Shown here piece after piece: positions 27,021 through 39,880 of a stretch of 64,000 nt of DNA. The notes under the pieces are model-generated. The model was not told where the DNA came from, made no database searches, and saw nothing but the letters and a program-made list of their open reading frames with translations. Position numbers and translations under genes: made by a program. The stretch's first letter is position 1, and the number at the start of each line of letters is the position of its first letter. The stretch lies in the NCBI RefSeq assembly GCF_009914755.1, contig NC_060930.1. The stretch is one strand, 5' to 3'. The stretch is from the human T2T-CHM13v2.0 reference genome, Homo sapiens.

Positions 27021-27535
27021 ATGGTAGGTACCACGCTAAGTGCTTTACACACATTTCCTCATTCCTCCTCAATCTTGAGAGAAGTGCCACCACCCTTTTA
27101 GGTTAATTTTCTAAATGGTATAGAAAAACAGCACATAACAGAGCTGCTTTTAGGTACCACTCATAGGCAAAACCAACTTGAACAAGCGTGAGGGGAAAAG
27201 AAAGTACGTTTGATTCATACCAGCAACCTGTGTTCACAAAGGGTGAAGGGGCAGCTGTTTCAGGGCAACTGGAAATAGGACTGGGAAGTTGGAGAACTCT
27301 GCTACTTCTCTCTGCTTTTCTCACTATGTGGGCTCCACTACCTCTTCCTGCAGTGTCTTCCTCCTCATGGTGGGAAACAGGGCTGCCAGCTCACGTGTCC
27401 CAACTTCACCACCTGAGAGAGAGACCCTCTTCCTAAACCTGGTCCACTTCGCTGGCCAGGGTGTGCTGCCCTGACTGGCTCAACCCTGTAGGTGACTCTA
27501 ACCTCTGCATCAATCATGGTCTGAAGGGCAAGAGA
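27021..27535 (+). repeat. Left arm of ~520-bp inverted duplication
   Basis: Reverse complement of 28664-29204. ORFs 27188+ and 29023- translate almost identically. Confidence 0.97.
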
Positions 27536-27789
27536 TCAAACTAAGATTCTTAATTTTGGATTTATGGAGTTTATAGTTGGCTATAGGTGAATTTTGGTGT
27601 ACCAATGAATACATTACAATTTTTTATGTGGAGTGTATGTATGAAATAGGTGCATATTTCTGGGGGTATGTCCATAACGTCTATTTAGGAGATAGAATTC
27701 TCTTTTTGCTTGTTCAGTTACCTTGTTAACAATTGACCTTAGTTAATAATTCTTTATATTAAATTATTTCTGGAAAAATAGCTGGTGTG

Positions 27790-28292
27790 ACTTCTAAGTG
27801 GTCACAGAGGTAGCATTTGCAGGAAGCTACTGCTACTCCTAGAGTTGAAGAAACAAAAAAAGGGGGTCTGGAGTCATTACAATTTAAAAATGTGGGGAGG
27901 GGGCCCCGTAGACCTGAAACTCAGCTCTCTAAGGAACCCCTGCTCATGTGGTGCTGGGACCTCTAAGAAAGAACGCCAGGCAGCTGGTGCGAGGGTCTCT
28001 GAGGGGACGTGATGGTGCTTGTTCTGAGTGCCGGAATCTCTTCACACTGGACTCAACTGAAGCCTCCAAAACAGACTGGCATTTTCAGGATGGAAGTACA
28101 GGAGCCACAGCAGACAGTTCGCCTACAGGAAGAAACAGGACCCTTCTTCCTCCTCCAGTCTTGCCATTACCCCAAAGCGCCACCTCTTGATGAACTCTAA
28201 CAGGTGACAGCTAGTGAAGCAGAAGTGTGATTTGCAACATCACAAGGCTAGGGGTTTTAAAGTTCAGAGATAATAGTTCAATCACTGGCCCA
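27790..28292 (-). mobile_element. ERVL-class LTR (LTR33/LTR41-like) in the spacer of the inverted repeat
   Basis: End GCAGAAGTGTGATTTGCA...AGAGATAATAGTTCAATCACTGGCCCA resembles the recalled LTR33/41 5' terminus in reverse orientation. Confidence 0.5.
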
Positions 28293-28663
28293 GTGGCCCA
28301 TTCAAATTCTTAAAGAGAACTGGGACCCCAAAGGTTAAAACCTCTACCTTATATTTCCTAATATTTGGGGAAAAGGATTGTTTTATGCATGGAGGCACTG
28401 CTTCACAGGTGAAGATAAATCAAAATCTGAACTGTTTTATTTTCTGGGTTCTGGTATCACATAGAACAGATTAATCTCTTATGGATGTTCTGGAACTAAA
28501 CTTATGCATTTAGGCGGTGAGGTTCTATTTTTTTCCCTTGAATGTTCTGCTTCTTCCCTTTTGCTTTGCCTGGAAGGAGATTTCATTTCTTAGGATGGTG
28601 TATTGCACACCATCTGTGGTGGTCTAGAGCACCGAGATCACCCAGAGGGCCTGTGTGTGCTTC

Positions 28664-29204
28664 TCTCTTGCCCTTCAGGCCATGATGGATACAGAGGTTA
28701 GAGACATCTAAAGGGTCGAGACAATCAGGGCAGCATACCCTGGCCAGTGAAGTGGTCCAGGTTTAGGAAGAGAGTATCTCTCTCAGGTGGTGAAGTTGGG
28801 ACACGTGAGCTAGCAGCTGCTGGCAGCTCTGTTTCCCACCATGAGGAGAAAGCCACTTTGAAGAAAGAGGGAGCGGAGCCCACATAGTAAGAAGAGCAGA
28901 GAGAAGTGGCAGAGTTCTCCAACTTCCCAGTCCTATTTCCAGTTGCCCTGAAACAGCTGCACCATCACCCTGTGTGAACACAGGTTCCTTGTATGAATCA
29001 AATGTACTTTCTTTTCCCTTCATGTTTGTTCAAGTTGGTTTTGCCTATGATTGGTACCTAAAAGTAGCTCTGTTGTGTGCTCTTTTTCTACACCATTTAG
29101 AAAATTAACCTAAAAGGGTGTGGTGGTACTTATCTCATAAGACTGAGGAGGAATGAGGAAATGTGTGTAAAGCACTTAGCTACCTACCGTAAAGTACCTA
29201 CCAT
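28664..29204 (-). repeat. Right arm of inverted duplication
   Basis: Reverse complement of 27021-27535, roughly 85-90% identical by eye. Confidence 0.97.
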
Positions 29205-29827
29205 ATACTACATATCACAAAAAATTGTCATGGGTCCAATATTGGATCGTTAATAGCCTAGCTTGTCACTAATCTGTGTTGTGTATAGCAACTTCTCTCT
29301 GAGCCTCTTTTACTACTTTACTATGCCATTTGTTTTTCCCTTTTTCTGATACCCTGATACTGTCAAAACCCAACAAGGCATAGGGAGGTAGCTATTAACC
29401 CACAATGGCAGTGCATCACTTCTTCAAAGACATTACCTTAGTGCAGGTGTCTGTGGGGGAAGGTGTCCATTTAGACTTAAAAGTGATTTGATTTTCTCTT
29501 CATCTTCTGTTAGGCACCCTTGCTGTTCTTCTCCACTATCACTATCTGTTGTTGAATCTGTGTCCTTATTTCTAATTGGCGATGTGGAAGCTACACATTT
29601 GAGTCTATCTTCTCTCAGTTTTTTCTTTTCATTATGTTTCTTCCAAATCTTATTATGTCTCTTTTGCATGTTGGCTTCTCATGTGAAAAGTCTGGTTATT
29701 TATTTATTTATTATATTTCAGAAGATCAGTGTAATAATTTTCAGTGACGATTATAACTCTCCTGCAGGCCAGTGTATTCTTTTGAGGCATGAGATAGGAA
29801 GCTAAATTACAATCAGAAGCTGTCCTG

Positions 29828-30445
<618 letters not shown>

Positions 30446-31024
30446 TCAGAAATTATTTTCAATTATCAAACCAGACAGCTAATGATTATGCAATTGCTAT
30501 TTCAAATGAATAGTTTAAAAATAAAAATAGAACATAATTGTTTTATGTGTCTAAACAACTATCTCTGCCTCATAAATACAAAGATATGGGGATGTACTCA
30601 ATTATCAAAAACAAAAGAGAACAAAACAAAACCCAAAAAAGCATGTGGGAGCAAGTAATGTCAAGAAAGATTTCCTACAATAATCAATGGAAAAATTGTT
30701 GTTAGGGAGGCAAATGGATTCATATGAGTTTTGCCAAGCTTGGTCAAGTGTAGCATTATCAATTTGATACTTTCAGCCACACAGGCTACATTAGTTGAGT
30801 TGATTTAAACTGACCTTCTAAGTGACTGAAATAACTATGTTGATTGTTCAGCTATTTGGATCACACATGCACTGTTTGAGACAAATTTCAAGCTGCATCA
30901 GTGCAGTGAGACAGAGTGATATAATAATGATACGTCTACATTTCTATCTTGTGCCCCACCCCTCCTCTGCCTTCTTGGCTTATCCATCCACCTGGCCACT
31001 GGACAGTCCACATGAATAGCTACC

Positions 31025-31400
31025 TGATATGGTTTGGCTGTGTGTCCCCACGTAGATCGCATCTTGAATTGTACTTCCTTAATTCTCACATGTTGAGGGA
31101 GAAACCTGGTGGGAGATAACTGAATCATGGGAGCGGGTTCCCCTATACTGTTCTCGTGGTAGTAAATAAATCTCGCGAGATCTGATGGTTTTATCAGTGG
31201 TTTCCGCTTTTCCGTCTTCCTGATTCTCTCTTTGCCAGCTGCCATCCAAGTAAGTTGGGATTTGCTTTTCCTTACCCTCCTCCATGAGTGTGAGGCTTCC
31301 CCAGCCACGTAGAACTGTAAGTCCAAGTAAACGTTTTTCTTTTGTAAATTGCCCAGTCTCGGGGATGTCTTTATCGGCAGCGTGAAAATGGACTAATACA
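31025..31400 (+). mobile_element. THE1 (THE1D-like) solo LTR inserted in an L2 fragment
   Basis: TGATATGGTTTGGCTGTG...GGTTTCCGCTTTT...GGACTAATACA; 5-bp TSD CTACC/CCACC. Confidence 0.93.
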
Positions 31401-31983
31401 CCACCTTAACACATTCAAAACAATTCTCAACTTCTTTCTGAAAAATCTGCTACTCTCTCTTTTCTGTTGGGCCAAATGATACCCATTGTCCAACCTTTTC
31501 TCAGGTCAAAATCCTAAATTATTCTTGGCTTCTTTCTTTTGCTCACATTCCATAGATGCTTCATCAGCTGTACCTTCAAACAATGCTCCAGTTCTAGATA
31601 TGTCATATTTTAGCACCCATAGTGCTCCTATCTGGTTCAAGCCTCCCTCATTTCTCTCCTGGATCTGCAGTAGCCCCCTAACTGGTTCTCTCTGCCTCTC
31701 AGGCTCTTCACCATTCTCCACAGAGCAGCCACCCGGGTGGTTTAAAAAGATAAATCACCTCACATCTTTTGCATATTCAAAATGCTCAATAAGTATCCAA
31801 TACACTCAAAATAACATCTAGGTGATTTTTGTTTTCTTATTTATATTTCCTATAATTACCATGTATAATTTTTATAACCTAAAAAACAATTTTTTTTACA
31901 TTTTTACTTTTATAAAGGATGTACCATTTTAAATACAAATGAAAGAAAGTATTTCTTGGTACAGGTTTGCTTTCTTTAATCAC

Positions 31984-32278
31984 TTTTTATTTTTTTTGAA
32001 ACAGTCTCACTGATTCCCAGGCTAAATGCAGTGACACAATCATAGCTCACTGCGACCTTGACCTTCCAGGCTCAAGCTATCCTCCCACTTCTGTTTTTGG
32101 AGTAGCTGGGATCACAGGTGTGCACCACCACACCCAGCTATTTTCTTCATTTTTATGTTTTGTAGAGACAGGGTCTCACTGTGTTGCCAGGTTGATCTCA
32201 AACTCCTGGTCTCAAGCAATCCTCCCACCTTGGCTTCCCAAAGTGCTGGGATTACAGATGTGAGCTGCCACACCTGGA
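31984..32278 (-). mobile_element. AluJ
   Basis: Diverged antisense Alu (ATCATAGCTCACTGC, CTCAAGCAATCCTCCC). Confidence 0.92.
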
Positions 32279-32389
32279 TGAATCATTTGGTTTGATACAC
32301 TTACCCTGATGCTGACTTCAGAGGCTTCCTTTTGTTGTGACTATTTTTATTGCCAATTAGATAAAAGATAGTACTCAGTGACACTGGAA

Positions 32390-32625
32390 GACAGCATATT
32401 ACAGTGGAAAAGTTACAGGTTTTAAGCCAAAAGACATAGGATTTAGTTTATTTGTCAGTGGAATTGCCACATGGCTTTAGCCAGTTGACTTAAACTTTCT
32501 GTCCCTCATCTAAAAAAAGTGAGACTAATAATATCTGGCTTACCTACCACATAGGATTTTTGTGAAGATCAAATCAATATTAGAAAGTGTTTGGTAAAGT
32601 ATAAAACACTCAATGAATGCTAGTT
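32390..32625 (+). mobile_element. MIR SINE
   Basis: CTTAAACTTTCTGTCCCTCATCT...TACCACATAGGATTTTTGTGAAGATCAAAT. Confidence 0.6.
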
Positions 32626-33219
32626 AAAAACAACAGAATTACTCAATAGTCAAATAGTGTGTTGTAAAATCTGCAGATGGTGTAATGAATTACCTTAAAC
32701 ACTTATTAAAGTAAGCATTCAAATGAGTATTGCATTTCTTACATGTAATAATAACCCAATATCCATATGCATAAAGGATTAGATTAGTAGATGTCAGATG
32801 CTAACTGAATAAAAATTAGAATGACAGATGTAGAGTTGGAGTAGCTCTGCTCATTAGAGGAGAACTGTTCATAACTCAGAGAAAAACTTTGCCTTATTAA
32901 GTGAATAGGCTTTCTTAAATACTGTGAGGGAGCAGTTAAGAGCATAGACTGGGCTGTGAGTGGAAATAGTGCTCTGTTCTGGGTAGGGAGAGAGGTAACT
33001 GGTAGTTTTTCCCCGGAAGCCATAGGCTGATGTTGAGAAAAGTGGTCGTCTTGTCAGGCGGTTCTAGGAGAAACTTTGTTTTGCTAGTCTTGGAAGCACC
33101 ATAGATACTAGAAATGAGGTCTCAGGAAAAAAGCTCTTTGCCCACTGGGAAAATTTAGAGTTGGAGCCTTAGAAGAATGAATAAGAAAGGTTTTGAGATG
33201 CTTATTCAGTTTAAAGCAA

Positions 33220-33430
33220 CCCAACATTTACTGCATATCAGACATTGCTAGATCCATTTGTATATTATCATATTTGATTGTTACCATGCATTTTTAGGTA
33301 GATGCAATTATCACTTTACAGATGGGAAAACTCTAGACTCAGAGGAGTTACAGAAGTTGTTCAAGATCGCCCAACTAGTAAATGAGCAATTTGGGATAGA
33401 AATCCAGTTCTGTTGCCTCTTTACACTATA
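33220..33430 (-). mobile_element. MIR SINE
   Basis: TTTACAGATGGGAAAACT...CTCAGAGGAG...CAAGATCGCCCAACTAGTAAATG. Confidence 0.7.
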
Positions 33431-34300
33431 TCCTCTTAAATATCAATGAACTTCTGTGTAGTAGAAGCCTTGTATTTGTTCATATTAAAGATTTTCAGTG
33501 AGATCGATATGAGGATTTTTTTTTAGGGATATTAGCAGTCTTTGATACTAGGGTGTGATGCTATTGGAAGAAACAAACCCCAGTAATGTGTGAAGCTGCT
33601 TTCTTTAACAAAGGAGGAAAATTAGAATTATGGCTCAGCCTCTGAAAGATTATCATGATTTTTTTCCAGTCAGATATTTTCTTGGCAAAAAACTATTTTG
33701 CTGTTTTGAATATAGCCTTTACAATATCCAAAATAATCTTATCAAATCAGTGTGTATTATGTAAGGAACCAAGGATTTTTCTGCACTAAAAGCTCTGGAT
33801 GGTTTCATTCAGGTGTAGGCAAACAGCATAGCTGCCTATAATTCATGACCTGCTTCATGGAGTCAGGGACATTATTTGACAAGGACACTGTTTCATTTAC
33901 ATTTTTCTGCTCCACATAACAAAACAGAATACATGATTTCAAAGAGAGCTTTTCAGTCATGTGGGCGTCTTTTCAAATACTTCAAGACAAGATTTTTGCA
34001 TTGGGGCAAATCCAAGATTTAGTAAAATCCAGCCTTCTTTTCACAAAGATTCACATTTTTTAATGTATTACGGACATACATAAGGTGCTCCTTTGAATTT
34101 TGTTGGCCCCATATTTTTATTAGAAAAAAAGTCTCTTAACACCAAAACAACTGAGACTTTTTTTCAATTTATGTTGAACTAGGTAAGTAAAATCTAAGAG
34201 TATGGAAATTTTATACTTTATTTTTCCTGCAATTTACAGCTAGGGTCTGTAACATAAATTTGTAAAAATCATCTGTCCATAAATATAATGATAGTTTATG

Positions 34301-34602
34301 TTTTATTTATTTATTTATTTATTTGAGACGAAATCTCGCTTTGTCGCCCAGGCTGGAGTGCAGTGATGCATCTCAGCTCACTGCAAGCTCCGCCTCCCGG
34401 GTTCACACCATTCTCCTGCCTCAGCCTCCTGAGAAGCTGGGACTACAGGCACCTGCCACCACGCCTAATTTTTTGTATTTTTTTAGTAGAGATGGGGTTT
34501 CACCGTGTTAGCCAGGATGGTCTCGATCTTCTGACCTCGTGATCTGCCCACCTCGGGATCCCAAAATGCTGGGATTACAGGCGTGAGCCACCATGCCTGG
34601 CC
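34301..34602 (-). mobile_element. AluY with (TTTA)n tail
   Basis: GCAAGCTCCGCCTCCCGGGTTCACACCATTC; CCGTGTTAGCCAGGATGGTCTCGATC. Confidence 0.95.
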
Positions 34603-35129
34603 CTCTTTAGTTATTTTAAAATAAAAATTAGTCTAGATATCTTAGCATGGAAACAGTGATGGATTGTGTATGAACTGACCATGTATAGTACAAATAGTGT
34701 ACTGATATTCTAAGTTATCTAGAGTTAACAATACTTTAACTTAATGTCTTGTAAATGAAATACTTATTACAAAGTTATGTTTTAAACTATTCAGAAAAAA
34801 TTAAAGACAAAATAGTTAGGCGTCTTTTTCATGTGGCCCCTGAAATCAATCAATGGACCTCAAACTACAGTTTAAGAAATGATGTTTTAGAGGAAGTCCA
34901 AGCATTAGTTAGCCATGGTATAAGAATGATAATTTCCATAATCTGTAAAATTCAGTCTTTCTATTGTAAGAATCATTAATTGTATGATTCATTTAGATGT
35001 CAATGGCTTTATCTGATTGAAATCAAGGATATCAGATACCCTATTGTCTAACAGAATCAAAATGCCCTTTATTTTAGAAACACTTTACAGTTTTTCAAGT
35101 TTCCAGGTAAAGTATTTTATATGTGATAG

Positions 35130-36276
35130 GGTTGCATTTCAGTTATCTATTTTGTGTCCGGCTACCTCCAAATTTAGGGTCTTCAAACAACATTGATTCT
35201 TTCTTGTGGTTCTGCAGTGATTCTTTTATCACACATAGGGTTGACTGGGATCACTCATGCAGCCGTATTCATCTGAGAGCTTGGTTGGGACACCTTGGTT
35301 TGTCACATGGCCTCTTTCTTTAGCAGGATAGCTAGTACGTCCTTACAGATGGCAGTAAGCCTCTTAAGAGGGAGTGAGCTGATGTATAAAGCCTCTGCTT
35401 GTATCATGTTTGCAAATATTCCATTGATCAAGGCAAATATATGGCCAAGCCCACATGGGAGGGAATTTTAATTGGGTGTGAATATTGGGAGGTATGGTTA
35501 GTTGGGGGCTATCAGTGTATCTCCCACAGGCTGCTACTTCTCTCTTAATATCTCTTGTCCTCTTCTCGTTTTCCTTGGTAATAAAAGTCATTTTTAACAG
35601 GATGCATGGCCACCTAGAATAAAGACTACTTTTCCTATTCTATTAATAACATTTATCAAATTGTGGCTGGGAAGCTACATCTTTGAGCAGTAGGATTCAA
35701 GCAGAAGTGTTGTATGGGACTTCTGAATAGTGTCTTTATTATGCACGTATTGCTGTTGGACAAACTTTCACCAAATGTGGCAGCTTAAAACAAAAAATAT
35801 TTTCTTACACAGTTTTCAAGAGTCAGGTTTTGGGAGTATCTAAGCTGGGTGACTTTGGTTTAGCGTCTTGTGTGATTGCAGTCAAGATATCCAGAAGGGC
35901 TGTAGTTATTGAGATGTTGACTGGGCTAGAGGATCAATTGCATGGTGGCTCGCTTGCATGGCTGTTGGCTGGAGGTCTTAGTGCCTCACTGGCTGTTGGG
36001 AGGAAGCCTCAGTCCCTTAAATGTTGCTCTCTCCATAGGGCTGCTTGAGAGGCAGCTAGCCTCATGCCATGGCAGCTAGCTTCTCCCAGAGTGAGTGAGT
36101 TAAGAGAAGGAAAAAGAGAAAGGAACCAAAATGTGTTTTATGACCTAGCCTTTGAAGTTGCATATTATAACTTCTGTATTCCTTTGGTCACACAGATCAA
36201 CCCTGAGGATTGGGAAGGAACTATACATACCAGGAGGCAAGGAGCACTGGGGGCCCTCCTGGAACTGCCTGTCACA
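35130..36276. mobile_element. Cluster of old MLT1-family LTR fragments
   Basis: GCTTAAAACAA...GCAGTCAAGAT...CATGGCTGTTGGC...GGTCACACAGATCAACCCTG and CCATTGATCAAGGCAAAT motifs. Confidence 0.65.
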
Positions 36277-37172
36277 GCGTCCTCAAAGGTAAAGTGTAGA
36301 TGTTTCTTTATATTTTAAGTTTTGAATAATTTTCAATATTCTAAGCAGTTATGTGAGATAAAACTGAGCAAACCAAATTCTATATAAAAGGTTCTCCACA
36401 GTGTAGCTAAGCTCCAATTTTTTGTATGCTTCCTTCTTATGATAGGGAAACAGAAAAAAAATCATTTCTTAAAAGTGAAAAACTGTTATGACAATATTAA
36501 CTGACAATTCTGTTCTCTAACCTAGTAGAAATGTTTTTGGATTGTTTGAAAACACTTAAGAAAACATGGCCTACAATAGAAACATTGCTGTCTTATTCAT
36601 ATTCACTGCAGAAATATTACAGATTATTGTTGGCAAACTCATCTTTTTTTAAAAAAACTATAAATGGGGCAGTATAAACTGTGTGTGGTATGAAAATGAA
36701 TTTTAATATTGACCACTTTGGCTATTGCTTCCTGCTGTATTCATAGCAGAGCTCTTGGTTAAATCCTATCTTTAACACATCCAAGAAAACACTGAAACTG
36801 TTTACATAATTATTAAAGAGAAGGTCACATCTTATCTGTTTGGCACAATGGAAATTTTGATAATTTAATTCTATCAGTGGATCAAGGCATTGACTTTGTG
36901 TCAGGGATTCATGGTTTTAGATTCCAGTTTGTCCTTTCCTTAGCTATGTGTCGTTCATATGCTCTAAGAGGCAGTTCCCTCATCTGTAAAATGGGAGTAG
37001 TATCAAATTCACAGGGTGCTGTTATGTATAAGATCAGATACATAAGGCTCATTGTAAGCACTTGATAAATGGAATTGTTGTTAGCTAAATATTCTTTAAA
37101 TCTTTATTAGGATTAGTGTCTTTGGTGAATGCTAAGCATATTGTCTAACAAGACCTTCCCTTTAAGACAACT

Positions 37173-37177
<5 letters not shown>

Positions 37178-37203
<26 letters not shown>

Positions 37204-37217
37204 CATGTGTGTGTGTA
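37178..37217 (+). repeat. (TG)n microsatellite
   Basis: Read directly from the sequence. Confidence 0.95.
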
Positions 37218-37349
37218 TTTAAAAAGAAGAGATTAAGCCACTGAGGCGCTAGAACTAAGAAAGCATATTTCCATTTTGAAAGCCTCTTCTATTGTAACAT
37301 TTCTTTTAGCAACTTGAGTTGTGTTAATATAGACAAATAACTAGAAACC

Positions 37350-38345
37350 ATCCATTCATCTATATATCTAGCCAATTATTTATCCAACATTTATAAAGTC
37401 TTCATTATGTGGTGAGCAATAAAAATGCAAAGAATAAGATCCTACCCTACCTTTAAGGGTTTCACAATCTAATAAAGATTTATATCAAAGAGACATATAA
37501 ATATAATTAAAGCAGTGTTTCAGTTGCTATATTTGTAATGTATCAGTTATTAGCTGCTTATGACACTAGATGCTTGCACAGGAAGAAGCACTTAACTGAT
37601 CAGGAGAGGATCCCTAAAGGGTTGATGCTTCATCTAGGCCTTGAAAAGTGAATCGTTTCTTAGATGGCCAAGGAAAGAACTGGGGGTATCATAAGGAAAG
37701 AGGACTTTCTGGGCAGAGGCTGTGCCTGTGAGAAGATAAAAAGGATCAGAAGAACATGGTGTATTCTGAGGAACCTCTATAGTTTCAAATGTCATGACTG
37801 TGGAGTGCTTAAGGGTGGCAGTCAGGGCAAGGCTAGAAAGATAGGAAGGGCCAGATTATGAATGAGCTAGTGTGGCATGATAAAGAATACAGACTTTACC
37901 CTGTAGATATTGGTGAACCATTACAGGATTTTTAAGAGAGAAACAAGCAAATTAACACTTCCACTCTGGTGGCAGTGTGGAATATAGACTAGAGGGCTTG
38001 GGAAGGGAGGCTAAGAGACCTGGGCGGAGGCTACTGCAAGCATCCAGAGAGTCATGGTGAGAGACTGAGCTAAGGCAGTGGTGCTGGGTATGGAGGAAAG
38101 AAAATGTGTCTGACTGGCCTGTGTGTGGGGTGAGGGGTGGGGAGGGGATAAGTGGTGAGAAAAATTCTTCCACTGATAGGAAGAGCTAGTAGTGGAGTTC
38201 TAGGAAGAACTCTAGAAAGGCCCTTTTGGGTTTTGATTTAGGTGACGGAGGAGGTAATGTATATCATTTTGGACATGACAAGTCTGTTGTGCCGGGGTAA
38301 TCCTAGTGGAGGCATCCTGTACCTGTTGGATGAATGTAGTTCAGG
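37350..38345 (-). mobile_element. L2 LINE fragment
   Basis: CATTCATC...CAACATTTAT start and purine-rich body (GGAAGGGCCAGATTATG...GACTTTACCCTGTAG...GGAGGCTACTGCAAG). Confidence 0.7.
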
Positions 38346-39193
38346 GATGGAGGGTGCTGGAGAGGCTCTAAGTCCAATCCCTTTTCATCAAGCAGCTGCA
38401 TGTACACAGCAATGAATTTGGCTCTTAGAGGGGAGCCTGCTGTAGATGTACTCTGAGGTAGGTGCCTTCTACCACCTCCTCACCTTTTAGAATACATTAT
38501 TGGCTGCTACTTTTATCTAACCCGTGTCTACCTTTTTAGCCCTACTTTCTACTATTTTTTTGTATTTATCTTTTATCCTGGTTACTCCAGACAACATGCA
38601 GTTTTATGGATAATTTTATACTATTTTATGAATCCATCATGCTATTCCAAGTTCAGTGTGTTCACAACTGTCTTCTGCTTTAAATTCTCTTCCCACTTTT
38701 TACATTTCATTGAAATTTCACTTAATAACTGCTTTCTCTAAGAAGCCTGCCTGGATTCCCTGTCTTTTTAAGATAACTTTTTGTGCGCAGTTCTTAAGTG
38801 CACAGCATGTTGGACTTTATATCATTCCAGGACAGTATTTATAAATATTACATATTATAAGTTTAATATTTTATATAAATGAAATTATCTATTGATTACT
38901 TGCAATGTCCCATGTCAATGATTTATCTGATTTACCTGTACATATGAATGGGAGTATACTATACTTACTTTTTAGACCACTTTCTGCAACAAACAATATA
39001 TCATAAACAATTTTCATGTTAGTAAATATATGGCTTCACTATCTTTTATAGTTATATGGTATTTTAAGATTGTATGCATTTATTATATTAATGATTTTTA
39101 AAATAGCACTATTTCCCTATCTCTTAGTTTTAAAATTTACTTGTCTATCTTTTCCTGCAGATTGTAAGGTCCTTGCTAGTAGGAGCTAAGTTT

Positions 39194-39640
39194 TGTTGGA
39201 AGGCAATTCTCTGGATTGCTTGTTTCCTGCACATATTGAGAACAGAGACTGATAGTCTTTGTTCTGGACTATTTTTTTTAAGGATGTTTATATAGTAAAT
39301 AGCCCTAGAAGTTATAGTGTCTTCTTCTGAAGCAGAGAGCATGCATGATTACTAACTAGTATAATAAGGATAATGTTCACCTTCAGAACAAATGTTGGGC
39401 AAGTTTGCTTGCAGCCCATTATATAAGATTTGAGTGTCCTAGGCTCAGAGTGCCTTAACTGTGACCCAACCCTTGTGGGACTTTGGGGGATGAATGAAAC
39501 TGTGTTCATGCTACTGGCTCTTCTCTAACAAAGCCCATTGTCTGACTTAATAGTCTAGTGACTTTTCCCAGCATCCCTGAAACTGTGACAGGCTCCCTTG
39601 TCAGCTTGCAAGTAGGGTTGAATCTCACACTTTTCAGTGT
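39194..39640 (+). mobile_element. MER76-like ERVL LTR
   Basis: TGTTGGAAGGCAATTCTC...CTTTGTTCTGGACTATTTTT..AAGGATGTTT...GCTTGCAAGTAGGGT. Confidence 0.65.
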
Positions 39641-39689
39641 ATATCTCAGTACTTATTGTTACTATTTATTATTATTGTTTTAAAAAGCT

Positions 39690-39880
39690 AGCATTTACTA
39701 AGTGCTTACTATGGGCTAAATTTTACAGGCATTTTTTTTTCAGTTGTCACATAACCATGAGTAGAATGTTATTTCCTCATTTTATAGATAAGCAAATTTT
39801 ATGGACATGTTAATAACTTGTCAAGATCATGTCATTAGGAAGTGATGGAGTTGAGAATCAAATCCAGGCCTTGAAGTCCC
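39690..39880 (-). mobile_element. MIR SINE
   Basis: GCATTTACTAAGTGCTTACTATG...CCTCATTTTATAGATAAG...ATCAAATCCAGG. Confidence 0.7.

Larger units (their letters stand above)
25300..29669 (-). pseudogene. Candidate decayed multi-segment coding remnant, unidentified
   Basis: 78-codon Lys/acidic ORF at 29669-29433 (gccaacATG, ends at AG|GTAATG donor-like site). Acceptor-like TTTTCAACCTTTATTTTGGCAG|G at 26671. Largely open, stop-interrupted frames at 26671-26530 and 25959-25300. No confident homolog recognised. Confidence 0.25.

Noticed and set aside
27103-29023. Paired similar ORFs (MRGKESTFDSY / MKGKESTFDSY; MENSATSLC) suggesting a duplicated small gene
   Set aside because: The similarity follows from the DNA inverted repeat. 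Indels shift the frames between the copies, and the arms include old repeat sequence.
30898-31326. 142-aa ORF, the longest in the window
   Set aside because: Mostly antisense THE1 LTR sequence.
36480-36840. Minus-strand LL*IQQEAIAKVVNI...LYCPI, faintly like the LRR region of LRRIQ3 as recalled
   Set aside because: It needs several frameshifts and inconsistent spacing, and the comparison is from memory only. Kept only as a search suggestion.
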